From: a virus
Lineage: Duplodnaviria > Caudoviricetes
Virus record (IMG/VR): IMGVR_UViG_3300037502_001755
Location: 1-63,210 of that record
DNA length: 63,210 nucleotides
Direction: 5' to 3' (one strand)
A model generated the notes under the pieces. The model had not been told where the DNA came from, ran no database searches, and saw only the letters and a list, made by a program, of their open reading frames with translations. The translations under genes were made by a program, and so were the position numbers. Positions 36,321 to 45,568 of this stretch are shown here, one piece after another; the first letter of the stretch is position 1, and each line of letters starts with the position of its first letter.

Positions 36321-36567
36321 GACACCAGCATGGCAGCGCAAAGAGGGCAAGTCGGAGAAGGGCGGCCTCAACGCGAAGGGCCGTGCGTCTTACAACAAAG
36401 CCAACCCCGGGAAACCCGGGTTGAAAGCTCCGCAACCAGAGGGCGGGTCAAGGCGCGACTCCTTCTGCGCTCGGATGAGTGGCATGAAGAAGAAGCTAAC
36501 CTCGGCGAAGACCGCGAACGACCCAAACTCCCGGATTAACAAGTCGCTGCGTGCGTGGAAGTGTTGA
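36313..36567 (+). CDS. Small basic protein (DUF6321-like, 84 aa)
   Basis: GGLNAKGR...RRDSFCARMSG...SLRAWKC. Confidence 0.7.
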   Translation: MAKTPAWQRKEGKSEKGGLNAKGRASYNKANPGKPGLKAPQPEGGSRRDSFCARMSGMKKKLTSAKTANDPNSRINKSLRAWKC

Positions 36568-36568
36568 C

Positions 36569-36757
36569 ATGGCTGATACGGAATTAACTGACCGCGAGCG
36601 CTTGATTGCCAAAGAAGCAGCAAAGCTTGCGCTTGAGGAACTCTCCGGTGAGTTCTACAAGAAGGTGGGCAAGACTATTGTTGAGAAGCTGCTGATCTGG
36701 GTCGGCATGCTGGTTGTTGGCTTTGTGTTGGGCAAAGGCTGGATCGTTAAGGTCTGA
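36569..36757 (+). CDS. Small membrane protein (62 aa)
   Basis: C-terminal TM helix LLIWVGMLVVGFVLG. Confidence 0.7.
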   Translation: MADTELTDRERLIAKEAAKLALEELSGEFYKKVGKTIVEKLLIWVGMLVVGFVLGKGWIVKV

Positions 36758-36758
36758 T

Positions 36759-37088
36759 ATGCCCAGCAGCAGTAAGAAGCAGCACAACTTCATGGCGGCG
36801 GTGGCCAAGAACCCCGCGTTTGCCAAAAAGGCCGGAGTTCCCGCGAGTGTGGGACAAGATTTCCTCAACGCGGACAAGGGCCGCAAGTTTAAAGAAGGTG
36901 GCGATATGAAAGAGTCCAAGAAGATGATCGGTCAAGAACTGGCCTTCATGAAAAAGAAGGGCGCTCCCAAGTCCATGATTAAACATGAGAGGGGCGAGAT
37001 GAAGATGGCCAAGGGTGGCGGCATTGAGTCCAAAGGCAAGACCAAGGGCAAGATGATCACCATGAAGCGCGGCGGCAAAGCCTGCTAA
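36759..37088 (+). CDS. Small Lys-rich protein with three xxxGG tags (109 aa)
   Basis: MPSSSKKQHNFMAA; FKEGG, MAKGG, MKRGG. Confidence 0.75.
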   Translation: MPSSSKKQHNFMAAVAKNPAFAKKAGVPASVGQDFLNADKGRKFKEGGDMKESKKMIGQELAFMKKKGAPKSMIKHERGEMKMAKGGGIESKGKTKGKMITMKRGGKAC

Positions 37089-37102
37089 TTTAGGAGGTCG
37101 AC

Positions 37103-37471
37103 ATGGCAAGAAGTGAATTTGGCAACGCGTTTGCCGCAGCTCGTAAATCGGGGCTGAAGACCTTTGAGTTCAAAGGTAAGAAGTACACGACTGAACTGGC
37201 AAAGCCTAAAAGAGCCGCTGCGACTGCTGAATTGGGGTCGGAAATGGGGCAGAAAATGACCCCTGATGAGTCCGCTCGGGCCATGCGTAGGTTTGGTAAC
37301 CCTCCCGGTTCGGAGAGCCGAGTTGGTACAGAAACGCCTCAAGAAGAAACTTCCGACATGACCTACAGGAAGCGTGGCGGCCAAGTCAAGAAGATGGCGT
37401 CTGGCGGTTCGGCTTCTTCTCGTGCGGATGGCTGCATCACCAAAGGCCACACTCGCGGGAAGATGGTGTAA
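37103..37471 (+). CDS. Small basic protein
   Basis: AFAAARKSG.KTFEFKGKKYTT motif; KRGG, MASGG; SD AGGAGG. Confidence 0.8.
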   Translation: MARSEFGNAFAAARKSGLKTFEFKGKKYTTELAKPKRAAATAELGSEMGQKMTPDESARAMRRFGNPPGSESRVGTETPQEETSDMTYRKRGGQVKKMASGGSASSRADGCITKGHTRGKMV

Positions 37472-37473
37472 CC

Positions 37474-37749
37474 ATGCGAGCCAGCCGTGGTATGGGGGCC
37501 ATCAACCCCTCCAAAATGCCGGGGGCTAAGAAAAAGCCCCGGCGGGATGACACCGACTTCACTCAGTACGCTGAGGGAGGGAAGGTAAACGCGGCTGGCA
37601 ATTACACCAAACCCGGTCTGCGCAAGCGGATCGTGTCGCAGGTGAAGGCTGCTGCTACCCACGGCACCGGCGCAGGTCAATGGAGCGCGAGAAAAAGCCA
37701 ATTGGTAGCGAAAAAATATAAAGCTGCCGGTGGTGGGTATCGTGACTGA
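37474..37749 (+). CDS. Small basic protein (resembles N-half of DUF5872)
   Basis: YAEGG; NYTKPGLRKR...GQWSARKSQ...YKAAGGGY. Confidence 0.75.
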   Translation: MRASRGMGAINPSKMPGAKKKPRRDDTDFTQYAEGGKVNAAGNYTKPGLRKRIVSQVKAAATHGTGAGQWSARKSQLVAKKYKAAGGGYRD

Positions 37750-38200
37750 AGCGCTAAAGACCTGTACAGATTGCGGCGAAACAAAGCCGCTGTCCGCGTT
37801 TCGAAGCCGTGGTGGGCAGATGGCGCATCTGTACAAAAGTCACTGCAACACGTGCCTGTACAAGAGGCACAAGGCGTGGGCTGAAAGCAACCAGCACCGA
37901 GTGTCGGAGTATCGTGAAAAAGACCCGTGGACTTTAGCTAAGCGGTGTTCTCGTCGTGGCATCACTCCGGAACAGCTTGTAGATTGTTATGAACGGCAGG
38001 AAGGCTGCTGCGCCATCTGCAAATGTGAGGTGGCTTTGATCAACAGCGCTATCGACCACAATCACAATACGGGCGAATTCCGGGGAGTTCTGTGTAAACA
38101 GTGCAATCGTGCGCTTGGAATGTTTAAAGACAGCCCCGCCATCTTGCGTAACGCCGTAGAATATCTTGAGGATTTTGGGAGTTACGGCGATGGCACTTAA
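37742..38200 (+). CDS. Endonuclease VII-family (free-standing homing-type) endonuclease
   Basis: CTDC..CNTC; QEGCCAIC..IDHNH.TGEFRGVLCKQCNRALG. Confidence 0.9.
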   Translation: MTEALKTCTDCGETKPLSAFRSRGGQMAHLYKSHCNTCLYKRHKAWAESNQHRVSEYREKDPWTLAKRCSRRGITPEQLVDCYERQEGCCAICKCEVALINSAIDHNHNTGEFRGVLCKQCNRALGMFKDSPAILRNAVEYLEDFGSYGDGT

Positions 38201-38429
38201 AGCCCCGCAGCAGTCATTGAAGGCTTGGGGCGACCAGAAGTGGAGGACCAAAAGTGGCAAACCGTCTAGTAAAACTGGTGAGCGATACCTTCCAGAAGCT
38301 GCGATCAAAAGCCTCAGCTCTGCTGAGTACGCTGCAACAACGCGTGCGAAGCGTGCGGGCAAAGCTGCCGGGAAGCAATTCGTAAAGCAACCCAAGGGCA
38401 TAGCTAAGAAAACAGCAGGGTTTCGATAA
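38190..38429 (+). CDS. Small basic protein (resembles C-half of DUF5872)
   Basis: QQSLKAWGDQKWRTKSG..TGERYLPEAAIKSLS. Confidence 0.75.
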   Translation: MALKAPQQSLKAWGDQKWRTKSGKPSSKTGERYLPEAAIKSLSSAEYAATTRAKRAGKAAGKQFVKQPKGIAKKTAGFR

Positions 38430-39127
38430 TGGCAACCTCCGGCACCTCCAACTTCAACTTAGACCTCTCCGAGATTGTCGAAGAGGCGTTTGAGCGTTGC
38501 GGCTCGGAGATGCGCACGGGCTACGATTTGCGGACTGCCCGCCGCAGTTTGAATTTGTTGTTCGCCGACTGGGCCAACCGGGGCGTGAACATGTGGACGT
38601 TCGAGCAGGGCTCGATTGCGCTGACCGCTGGCACGGCCACGTATCTGCTGCCTACCGACACGGTCGACCTTCTTGAGCACGTCATTCGCACGGGGGCCGG
38701 AAGCGCGGCCACGCAGGCAGACCTGACCATCACGCGTATTAGTGTTTCTACCTACGCCACGATCCCCAACAAGCTTCAACAAGGCCGCCCCATCCAAGTG
38801 TGGATTGAGCGCCTGAATACCCCACAGATCACGGTCTGGCCTGTGCCGGACGATTCGCAGCCCTACACGTTTGTGTACTGGCGTCTGCGGCGTATTCAGG
38901 ATGCGGGCAACGGCGTCAACACGATGGACATGCCGTTCCGATTCATTCCGTGCATGGTTGCCGGGCTGGCGTACTACCTGTCGATGAAGGTCCCCGGTGC
39001 GGAAAGCCGCATGACTACCCTGAAAGCTCAGTACGACGAAGCGTGGGAGCTTGCTGCCACGGAAGACCGCGAAAAAGCGGCGGTGCGGTTTGTTCCGCGC
39101 AAATACTACTTGGGTAGCGGCACTTAA
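38429..39127 (+). CDS. Head-tail adaptor / tail tubular protein A-like
   Basis: IVEEAFERCG, ARRSLN, GRP, WPVPD, GLAYYL. Confidence 0.7.
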   Translation: MATSGTSNFNLDLSEIVEEAFERCGSEMRTGYDLRTARRSLNLLFADWANRGVNMWTFEQGSIALTAGTATYLLPTDTVDLLEHVIRTGAGSAATQADLTITRISVSTYATIPNKLQQGRPIQVWIERLNTPQITVWPVPDDSQPYTFVYWRLRRIQDAGNGVNTMDMPFRFIPCMVAGLAYYLSMKVPGAESRMTTLKAQYDEAWELAATEDREKAAVRFVPRKYYLGSGT

Positions 39128-39517
39128 ATGGCCAATCGGTTTGCCTCCGGTAAAAACGCCATCGCCATGTGCGACCGGTGTGGGCAGCGCTTTAAGCTCA
39201 GCGAACTTAAAACTGAGATTGTTAAAACTAAAAGGTACCAGCTTCTTGTCTGCCCGCCGTGCTGGGACCCCGACCAGCCGCAGTTGCAGTTGGGCATGTA
39301 TCCTGTGGACGACCCGCAGGCGCTGCGCAACCCTCGCCCGGACAGCACGTATCGTGTGGCGGGTACCGGGCCGGACGGCACCCTGACCGGCGGTAGCCGG
39401 ATAATTCAATGGGGATGGAACCCGGTTGGCGGAAGCAGATTTTTTGATGCCACACTGACGCCGAATAACTTGGTTTCGTCAGTACAAATTGGTACAGTAG
39501 TAGTTGTCACGACGTAA
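39128..39517 (+). CDS. Zinc-ribbon virion-associated protein
   Basis: CDRCG...CPPCWDPDQPQL. Confidence 0.7.
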   Translation: MANRFASGKNAIAMCDRCGQRFKLSELKTEIVKTKRYQLLVCPPCWDPDQPQLQLGMYPVDDPQALRNPRPDSTYRVAGTGPDGTLTGGSRIIQWGWNPVGGSRFFDATLTPNNLVSSVQIGTVVVVTT

Positions 39518-39527
39518 GGAGTCGATC

Positions 39528-39698
39528 ATGGACGCGATGAAGAAAGTGGCTAAGGCCGAAGTCAAGGCCCACGAGAAGCGCATGCACGGCGCTAAAGGTA
39601 TGCGCGCTGGCGGTAAGACCAACGCCGACATGCTCAAGTATGGGCGCAACATGGCCAAGGTCATGAACCAGCGCAGCCCCGGTCGTAAAGGAGCCTGA
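39528..39698 (+). CDS. Small basic protein (56 aa)
   Basis: SD AAGGAG; HEKRMH, MRAGG. Confidence 0.7.
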   Translation: MDAMKKVAKAEVKAHEKRMHGAKGMRAGGKTNADMLKYGRNMAKVMNQRSPGRKGA

Positions 39699-39699
39699 G

Positions 39700-39897
39700 A
39701 TGGCCACCTATAAAAACCCGAAGTACACCCCGCTGGAACCTGCGGGCACGATGCCGGTTAAAGAAGCTCTGCGGGCAAATCAATCGCTGGCCAACGAGCG
39801 CTCCAACCCCTATCCCGAGACCAAGACCAGCGGTATCAAAATCCGTGGTACCGGTGCGGCTACCAAAGGCGTGATGGCTCGCGGCCCGATGGCTTGA
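39700..39897 (+). CDS. Small basic protein (65 aa)
   Basis: SD AAGGAG; IRGTGAATKG motif. Confidence 0.7.
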   Translation: MATYKNPKYTPLEPAGTMPVKEALRANQSLANERSNPYPETKTSGIKIRGTGAATKGVMARGPMA

Positions 39898-39904
39898 GGA
39901 CGGC

Positions 39905-40612
39905 ATGAACTACACCGCGTTGGTCACTGCGATTCAGGACTACACTGAGAACACGTTTGATTACGGGTCCAACCCGTCAATCATCAACACGTTCATTCAG
40001 CAGGCCGAGCAGCGCATCTACAACACGGTGCAGTTTCCGTCGCTTCGCAAGAACGTGACGGGCATTACCACGGCGTCCAACAAGTACCTCTCGGCTCCCA
40101 CCGACTTCCTGTCGGTGTATTCGCTGGCGGTGATCGACGGCACGGGCAACTACGAGTACCTGCTCAACAAGGACGTGAACTTCATCCGGCAGGCGTACCC
40201 GAACCCCAGCAGTGTGGGCATTCCCAAGTACTACGCGCTGTTTGGCCCCACGACCACGGGCGGAGCCAACCCGGTGCTGACGGACGAGTTGTCGTTCATT
40301 CTGGGGCCGACCCCGGATACGCAGTACACAGTGGAGCTTCACTACTTCTTCTATCCGGAGTCCATCACGGTGGCTGGGGACGGGCAGACTTGGCTGGGCG
40401 ACAACTTTGACTCGGTGCTGCTGTACGGCTCGCTGGTTGAGGCGTACACGTACATGAAGGGTGAGCAGGATATGATGGCCCTGTACGACGGCAAGTACAA
40501 GGAAGCGCTGGCGCTGGCCTCGCGTCTGGGTGATGGTCTGGAGCGCAGCGATGCGTATCGCAGCGGACAGGCGCGTGTTGCACCTCTGCCGCAGAATAAC
40601 GGGGTCCGGTAA
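39905..40612 (+). CDS. Second adaptor / tail tubular-like protein
   Basis: FIQQAEQRI, GIPKYY, GPTPD..Y.VELHY, LLYGSLVEA. Confidence 0.7.
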   Translation: MNYTALVTAIQDYTENTFDYGSNPSIINTFIQQAEQRIYNTVQFPSLRKNVTGITTASNKYLSAPTDFLSVYSLAVIDGTGNYEYLLNKDVNFIRQAYPNPSSVGIPKYYALFGPTTTGGANPVLTDELSFILGPTPDTQYTVELHYFFYPESITVAGDGQTWLGDNFDSVLLYGSLVEAYTYMKGEQDMMALYDGKYKEALALASRLGDGLERSDAYRSGQARVAPLPQNNGVR

Positions 40613-41028
40613 TGGCGTTTACGGGCAACGTTACTTGCAACGTTTTCAAGCAAGGCTTGCTAAAAGGCGACTTCGACTTTGACTCGGACACCTTTTATTT
40701 GGCCCTGTACACGAACGCGGCAACGCTGGACGCCAACACCACTGAGTACACAACGACTGGTGAAGTTGTTGCATCCGGGTACACCGCTGGCGGTCTGCCT
40801 TTGACAGTTACAACGACTCCCGCGATTGGGGGCGACGTTGCGTATATTTCGTTTGGGAACGTCTCGTGGTCGTCGTCTTTGACTGCGCGGGGCGCGTTGA
40901 TCTACAAAGCTGGAGCCAACGGTGCTGTCTGCGTTCTGGACTTCGGTTCGGACAAAACCTCAACCAATTCTTTCACTGTGCAGATGCCCGCTAACACCAG
41001 CACGTCTGCTTTAATTCGGCTTGTTTAA
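40612..41028 (+). CDS. Fibre-module beta-sandwich protein (138 aa)
   Basis: FYLALYT..GEV..GYTAGG..ARGALIY..LDFG. Confidence 0.65.
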   Translation: MAFTGNVTCNVFKQGLLKGDFDFDSDTFYLALYTNAATLDANTTEYTTTGEVVASGYTAGGLPLTVTTTPAIGGDVAYISFGNVSWSSSLTARGALIYKAGANGAVCVLDFGSDKTSTNSFTVQMPANTSTSALIRLV

Positions 41029-41037
41029 GGAGCAACC

Positions 41038-41559
41038 ATGTTCAACGAAAAAGTTAAAGCTGGCGGCGTGTTCACTGTGCAGTGTCACGACCAAGACGGC
41101 AACCTCAAGTGGCAAGCTGAGAAGCACAACCTCGTGGTCAACGTCGGCCTCAAGGACATGAACGACAAGTACTTCACCGGCAGTGGTTACACCGCTGCTT
41201 GGTACATCGGTCTGTACGGCGCTGCTTCTTCCAACAACCCGGCTGCTGGCGACACCATGTCTTCTCACGGCGGCTGGACTGAAGTTACCGACTACAGCCA
41301 AGCTACTCGCCCCGCTGCTACGTTCGCTGCGGCTACCACCGCTGACCCGTCTGTGATCACGAACTCGGCTTCCCCGGCTACGTTTAGCATCAACGGCACG
41401 ACCACTGTGGGCGGCGCGTTCTTGACCAGCGATAACACCAAGGGTGGCACGACCGGCATTTTGTTCTCGGCCTCGGACTTCCAGTCTCCCGGCGACCGCT
41501 CGGTGGTCAACGGCGATACGCTGACCGTCACCTACACCTTCAGCCTCGACGCTGCTTAA
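41038..41559 (+). CDS. Fibre-module subunit (173 aa)
   Basis: NLVVNVG, WYIGL, GWTEV..Y..TRP, GDTLTVTY; biased codons, strong SD. Confidence 0.65.
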   Translation: MFNEKVKAGGVFTVQCHDQDGNLKWQAEKHNLVVNVGLKDMNDKYFTGSGYTAAWYIGLYGAASSNNPAAGDTMSSHGGWTEVTDYSQATRPAATFAAATTADPSVITNSASPATFSINGTTTVGGAFLTSDNTKGGTTGILFSASDFQSPGDRSVVNGDTLTVTYTFSLDAA

Positions 41560-41568
41560 GGAGGCCAC

Positions 41569-41748
41569 ATGGCTACCGCTTTCAAAAAGGGCGACGTTGT
41601 GAAGCTGGCCAGCGTGGTGCCGCAAGGCCCTGTGTTGGCTTTGCGAATGGACGACAGCGGCATCATCCAGTACCTCGTGGAGTGGGTGGATGCCAACGGT
41701 GTCACGCAACAACGCTGGTTCGACGAAGACAAACTGACGGGGGCTTAA
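41569..41748 (+). CDS. Small SH3-like protein (59 aa)
   Basis: Translated by hand: MATAFKKGDVVKL...YLVEW...RWFDEDKL; SD AAGGAGG. Confidence 0.7.
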   Translation: MATAFKKGDVVKLASVVPQGPVLALRMDDSGIIQYLVEWVDANGVTQQRWFDEDKLTGA

Positions 41749-41749
41749 T

Positions 41750-42208
41750 ATGGCCTTCGTCCTTGCGGACCGCGTCCGCGAGACTACGACAAGTACCGGC
41801 ACCACTGCGGTGACGCTGGCGGGAGCCGTCACGGGGTTTCAGACCTTCGCGGCAATCGGCAACGCCAACATCACCTACTACACCATCGCAGGGCAAGGCA
41901 CCTCCGAATGGGAGGTGGGAATCGGTACGTACACGGCCTCGGGCACTACGCTGTCCCGGGACACGGTGTTGGCGTCGAGTAACTCTGGTTCGCTGGTGAA
42001 CTTCTCCGCCGGTACCAAGGACGTGTTCTGTGACTACCCCGCTGGCCGCGCTGTCATCGGTGGCATGGGCTACATCGAGAACGCCGCCACCATCTCGGTG
42101 TCGTCCACCATCAACACGGGCAATAACGCCATCAGTGGTGGGCCTGTGACTGTGGACTCGGGCGTGACGGTGACTGTGCCCTCCGGGTCTACTTGGACGG
42201 TCGTCTGA
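41750..42208 (+). CDS. Tail fibre adaptor protein
   Basis: LADRVRETT, WEVGIGTY, FSAGTKDVF; C-terminal GPVTVDSGVTVTVPSGSTWTVV. Confidence 0.7.
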   Translation: MAFVLADRVRETTTSTGTTAVTLAGAVTGFQTFAAIGNANITYYTIAGQGTSEWEVGIGTYTASGTTLSRDTVLASSNSGSLVNFSAGTKDVFCDYPAGRAVIGGMGYIENAATISVSSTINTGNNAISGGPVTVDSGVTVTVPSGSTWTVV

Positions 42209-43293
42209 TGTTTGGCTTTTACGCGTTCTCCACTACCGCCATCTCTGCGCTGGCGGGGAACGTGTTCACGGCTGCGGTTATTGAGTCTGCCACTGCGTCG
42301 GATGCCAACGTCGCCCAGATTTCTGTACCGGCTTCTGTCTCGGAGCTTGCCTCTGGGGTAGATGCGGTTTCGGCGCGCATCACTTTTGGTACGGCGGTCT
42401 CGGAATCTGCCACGGGCAGCGACGCAGTTGCGGCTTTGGCGACGTTCGGTGGGGTGATTGCGGAGTCCGCTACCGGTAGCGAGACCGTGGCTGCTGCCGC
42501 GACGTTTGTGAGCGCGGTGGACGAGACTGCGACGGGTACGGATACGGTTTCTTCTACCCCGAACTACGCGGTGAGCGTAGCGGAGTCCGCCACTGGCAAC
42601 GACTCGGTTCTGGCGGGCGCGGTGCTGACCTCCAACATTTCGGAGACTGCTCAAGGCACGGATTTCACCTTCACCCAGCACGCCGTGTTCAGTGTGGTAG
42701 ACGAGGGGGCGACGGGCACGGATACGGTTGCTGCTGCGGCGACGTTCCCGGTGAGCGTGGCTGAATCTGCCCAAGGCAGCCAGACTAATTCTGCGGCTGC
42801 AAACTTTGCGGTTAGTTTTGTGGCAGGTGTGACGGCGCAGGACACAACTGCTTCGGTGCCCACCTACTCTGCGCAGATTGCGGAGACGGCTACTGGGTCG
42901 GACGCGACGGTTCCGAGCCTTGTCTATTTTGGCTTTGTGGACGAGACCGCAACAGGTACGGACGCTGCGGCGTCGCAGTTGATCCTCGGGGCTTCGGTGA
43001 TTGAAGCAGCTACGGGTAGCGAGACCATGGCGGCAGCGGCTACGTTCCCGGCGGTTATTGACGAGAGCGCCCAAGCGGCGGAAGCCTTTACTGTGATTGC
43101 GGCGTTCGCTGCCCTGATCCAAGAGAACGTAAACGCAGCGGACCAGATCATGGCCCGTCTGAAGTGGGAATTGATTGCGGACGCGCAGTCTGCCGGATGG
43201 ACAGTAATTGATGACACGGGGCCTTCCTCGTGGCAAAATGTTTCAACTTCGGCTGACGCTGGCTGGCGCAATATAGACACCAAGGAGCCTTAA
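42208..43293 (+). CDS. Protein with ~14 tandem 20-aa repeats
   Basis: E(S/T)A(T/Q)GxD repeated with an exact 20-residue period. Confidence 0.8.
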   Translation: MFGFYAFSTTAISALAGNVFTAAVIESATASDANVAQISVPASVSELASGVDAVSARITFGTAVSESATGSDAVAALATFGGVIAESATGSETVAAAATFVSAVDETATGTDTVSSTPNYAVSVAESATGNDSVLAGAVLTSNISETAQGTDFTFTQHAVFSVVDEGATGTDTVAAAATFPVSVAESAQGSQTNSAAANFAVSFVAGVTAQDTTASVPTYSAQIAETATGSDATVPSLVYFGFVDETATGTDAAASQLILGASVIEAATGSETMAAAATFPAVIDESAQAAEAFTVIAAFAALIQENVNAADQIMARLKWELIADAQSAGWTVIDDTGPSSWQNVSTSADAGWRNIDTKEP

Positions 43294-43884
43294 ATGCCAT
43301 CCGCATATACCTCGCTGCTCGGGTTCGTGCAGCCCGTCACCGGGGAGTTAAACAACACTTGGGGCAACGCCGTCAACAATCAGTTAACGCAACTGGTTGA
43401 AGATTCGATTGCCGCTACGTCCACTGCGGACGTGACGGCTGGCAACTGGACCCTGTCCACCACTGCTGGCGGTGCGGCCAACGAAGCCCGGACTGCCATT
43501 CTGATTGCTACCGGTACGCCCGGTACGGCTCGGATTGTCTACGCCCCCAAGTCCAGCAAGACCTACGTGGTCATCAACAACAGCGACAGTACCCTGACGC
43601 TCAAGGGTGGCCCGGGGTCTCCGACCACGGGTATCGCGCTTGCCCCTGATAGCTCGGTGTTGGCTGCGTGGGACAGCGATGTGGGCGACTTCGTGAAGGT
43701 TGCCGGAGGCGGTGGCGGTGCCACGGGTGGTGGCGCGAACCAAGTGTTTTTTGAAAACGACCAGACAGTCACCAACGACTACACCATCCCCGGCAACAAG
43801 AACGCCGGTACGTTTGGCCCCATCACGGTGGACAGCGGCATTACGGTGACGGTGTCTTCGGGCGCTGTGTGGACGATTGTTTAA
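43294..43884 (+). CDS. Proximal tail fibre/adaptor protein
   Basis: GE..NTWG..N N-terminus; C-terminal GPITVDSGITVTVSSGAVWTIV. Confidence 0.7.
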   Translation: MPSAYTSLLGFVQPVTGELNNTWGNAVNNQLTQLVEDSIAATSTADVTAGNWTLSTTAGGAANEARTAILIATGTPGTARIVYAPKSSKTYVVINNSDSTLTLKGGPGSPTTGIALAPDSSVLAAWDSDVGDFVKVAGGGGGATGGGANQVFFENDQTVTNDYTIPGNKNAGTFGPITVDSGITVTVSSGAVWTIV

Positions 43885-43893
43885 GGGGTAACC

Positions 43894-44847
43894 ATGACGA
43901 TAACAATTAACGGAACCACGGGGCTTGCTGGGGTTGACGGCTCCGCATCCACTCCTGCGGTGCAGGGTGGCGACACCAACACGGGCGTTTTCTTCCCCGC
44001 TGCTGACACGATTGCGTTTGCTGAAGGTGGTGCGGAGGTGGCGCGGTTTGATAGCTCGGGGAACTTGGGCATCGGGACGGGGTCGCCGCAACGCAAGTTG
44101 GACGTTACGGTTAGCGACACCACCACCGCTCAGGTCTATTTGCGTAACAATAACGCATCGTATGCCTCTGGTTTGATTGTTTACAACGCTGGTGGCGAAG
44201 CGTCCATGTTCAGGCACAACGGTGGTTCTGACACTTCTTACGCTGGCGCTAACTCCGTCAACATCGGGTCTATCACCAACAACGTGGTTGGGTTTATCCA
44301 AAACAACACCGAACGCGCCCGCATCGACAGCAGCGGGAATCTGCTGGTGGGGACGACTAGCCACTTTGACAGTGCTTATACGATGGCGCTCCAAGTACGG
44401 AGTTCGACTGGCGGTCTTGTCATTCGCCCCGGCGCTGACGGATACACCGCAATTAGTTTTCGCAACGCGGCGAATTCTCAAGTTGGCTCAATTTCCAACA
44501 GTTCGACCAACACTTCGTACAACACTTCCTCTGACTATCGGCTAAAGCATGACACTGCGCCGATGACCGGAGCACTTGCAAAAGTGGCGGCGCTTAAGCC
44601 CTGCACCTACAAGTGGAACGTGGACGACAGCGAAGGAGAGGGCTTCATTGCCCACGAACTGGCCGAGGTGTGCCCTCACGCCGTCACTGGCGAGAAAGAC
44701 GCCGTGGATGCAGATGGCAAGCCTGTCTATCAAGGCATCGACACCAGCTTCCTTGTCGCCACGCTGACCGCAGCCATCCAAGAGCAACAAGCCCTCATCG
44801 CCGCGCTGCAAGCAGATGTCGCCGCGCTGAAAGGAGCACAAGCATGA
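43894..44847 (+). CDS. Tail fibre with C-terminal S74 intramolecular chaperone
   Basis: RFDSSGNLGIGT repeats; TSSDYRLK, GFIAHEL, C-terminal coiled coil. Confidence 0.9.
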   Translation: MTITINGTTGLAGVDGSASTPAVQGGDTNTGVFFPAADTIAFAEGGAEVARFDSSGNLGIGTGSPQRKLDVTVSDTTTAQVYLRNNNASYASGLIVYNAGGEASMFRHNGGSDTSYAGANSVNIGSITNNVVGFIQNNTERARIDSSGNLLVGTTSHFDSAYTMALQVRSSTGGLVIRPGADGYTAISFRNAANSQVGSISNSSTNTSYNTSSDYRLKHDTAPMTGALAKVAALKPCTYKWNVDDSEGEGFIAHELAEVCPHAVTGEKDAVDADGKPVYQGIDTSFLVATLTAAIQEQQALIAALQADVAALKGAQA

Positions 44848-45410
44848 GTTCCATCAAATTAACCCCCAACGCCTCCGGCACGGGCATCTTCACGGTGGCC
44901 GCACCGAACAGCAACACGGATCGCACGCTGACGCTGCCGGATAGCACCGGGACATTTTTGACCACGGGCACGGCTGGCGTGCCTGTGAATGGGCCTGCGT
45001 TCAGCGCATATCGCGCCAGCAACCAATCCATCAGCGCCGCAACTTATACCAAAATTCAGTTTGGGTCTGAAGATTTTGACACGGCCAGTTGTTATGACTC
45101 TTCAACAAACTATCGCTTCACGCCAAACGTGGCGGGATATTATCAAATTAGCTCAACTATTAGTATCTCTGCATACAGCAACCGCTATACGGCTTACCTG
45201 TATAAAAATGGCTCTTCTTTTTTAATCGGGCTGTCTAACACTGGAAACGGCACCAATACAGATAGCGTCGGGGTCTACGGGACTATTTATTTAAACGGAT
45301 CGACTGACTACGTTGAAATTTATGTGCAGGGCAACAACGCGGTTACAGTTGAGGGAAGTTCTGGGCGAGAAACTTACTTTCAGGCTTTCCTTGCACGGAG
45401 CGCAACATGA
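44844..45410 (+). CDS. Tail fibre with C1q/TNF-like head (188 aa)
   Basis: RTLTLPD; PAFSAY, RFTPNVAGYYQ, YLNGSTDYVE. Confidence 0.8.
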   Translation: MSSIKLTPNASGTGIFTVAAPNSNTDRTLTLPDSTGTFLTTGTAGVPVNGPAFSAYRASNQSISAATYTKIQFGSEDFDTASCYDSSTNYRFTPNVAGYYQISSTISISAYSNRYTAYLYKNGSSFLIGLSNTGNGTNTDSVGVYGTIYLNGSTDYVEIYVQGNNAVTVEGSSGRETYFQAFLARSAT

Positions 45411-45568
45411 CCTTGTACGAAAAGATCAAAGCTCTGTACCCGGAACTCACTGACCGGGACTTCATGGACACCATCCGTCTGCAAAACGACAGCGATGGCC
45501 GTGGCGACTACATCGCCAAGTGGGAACACCCGACGCTGGCGCGTCCGACTGAGGAGCAACTGGCATGA
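45407..45568 (+). CDS. Small fibre chaperone (XkdW-like, 53 aa)
   Basis: Translated by hand: LQNDSDGRGDYIAKW..RPTEEQL; ATGA overlaps on both sides. Confidence 0.7.
   Translation: MTLYEKIKALYPELTDRDFMDTIRLQNDSDGRGDYIAKWEHPTLARPTEEQLA

Noticed and set aside
41765-41779. GCGGAC-CGC-GTCCGC resembling the early palindrome
   Set aside because: Spacer is 3 nt rather than 5 and it encodes the conserved LADRVRE motif; probably coincidental
44017-44031. FAEGG in the S74 fibre (and LSKGG in the HNH) as GG tags
   Set aside because: Both are parts of standard fibre-repeat or HNH motifs
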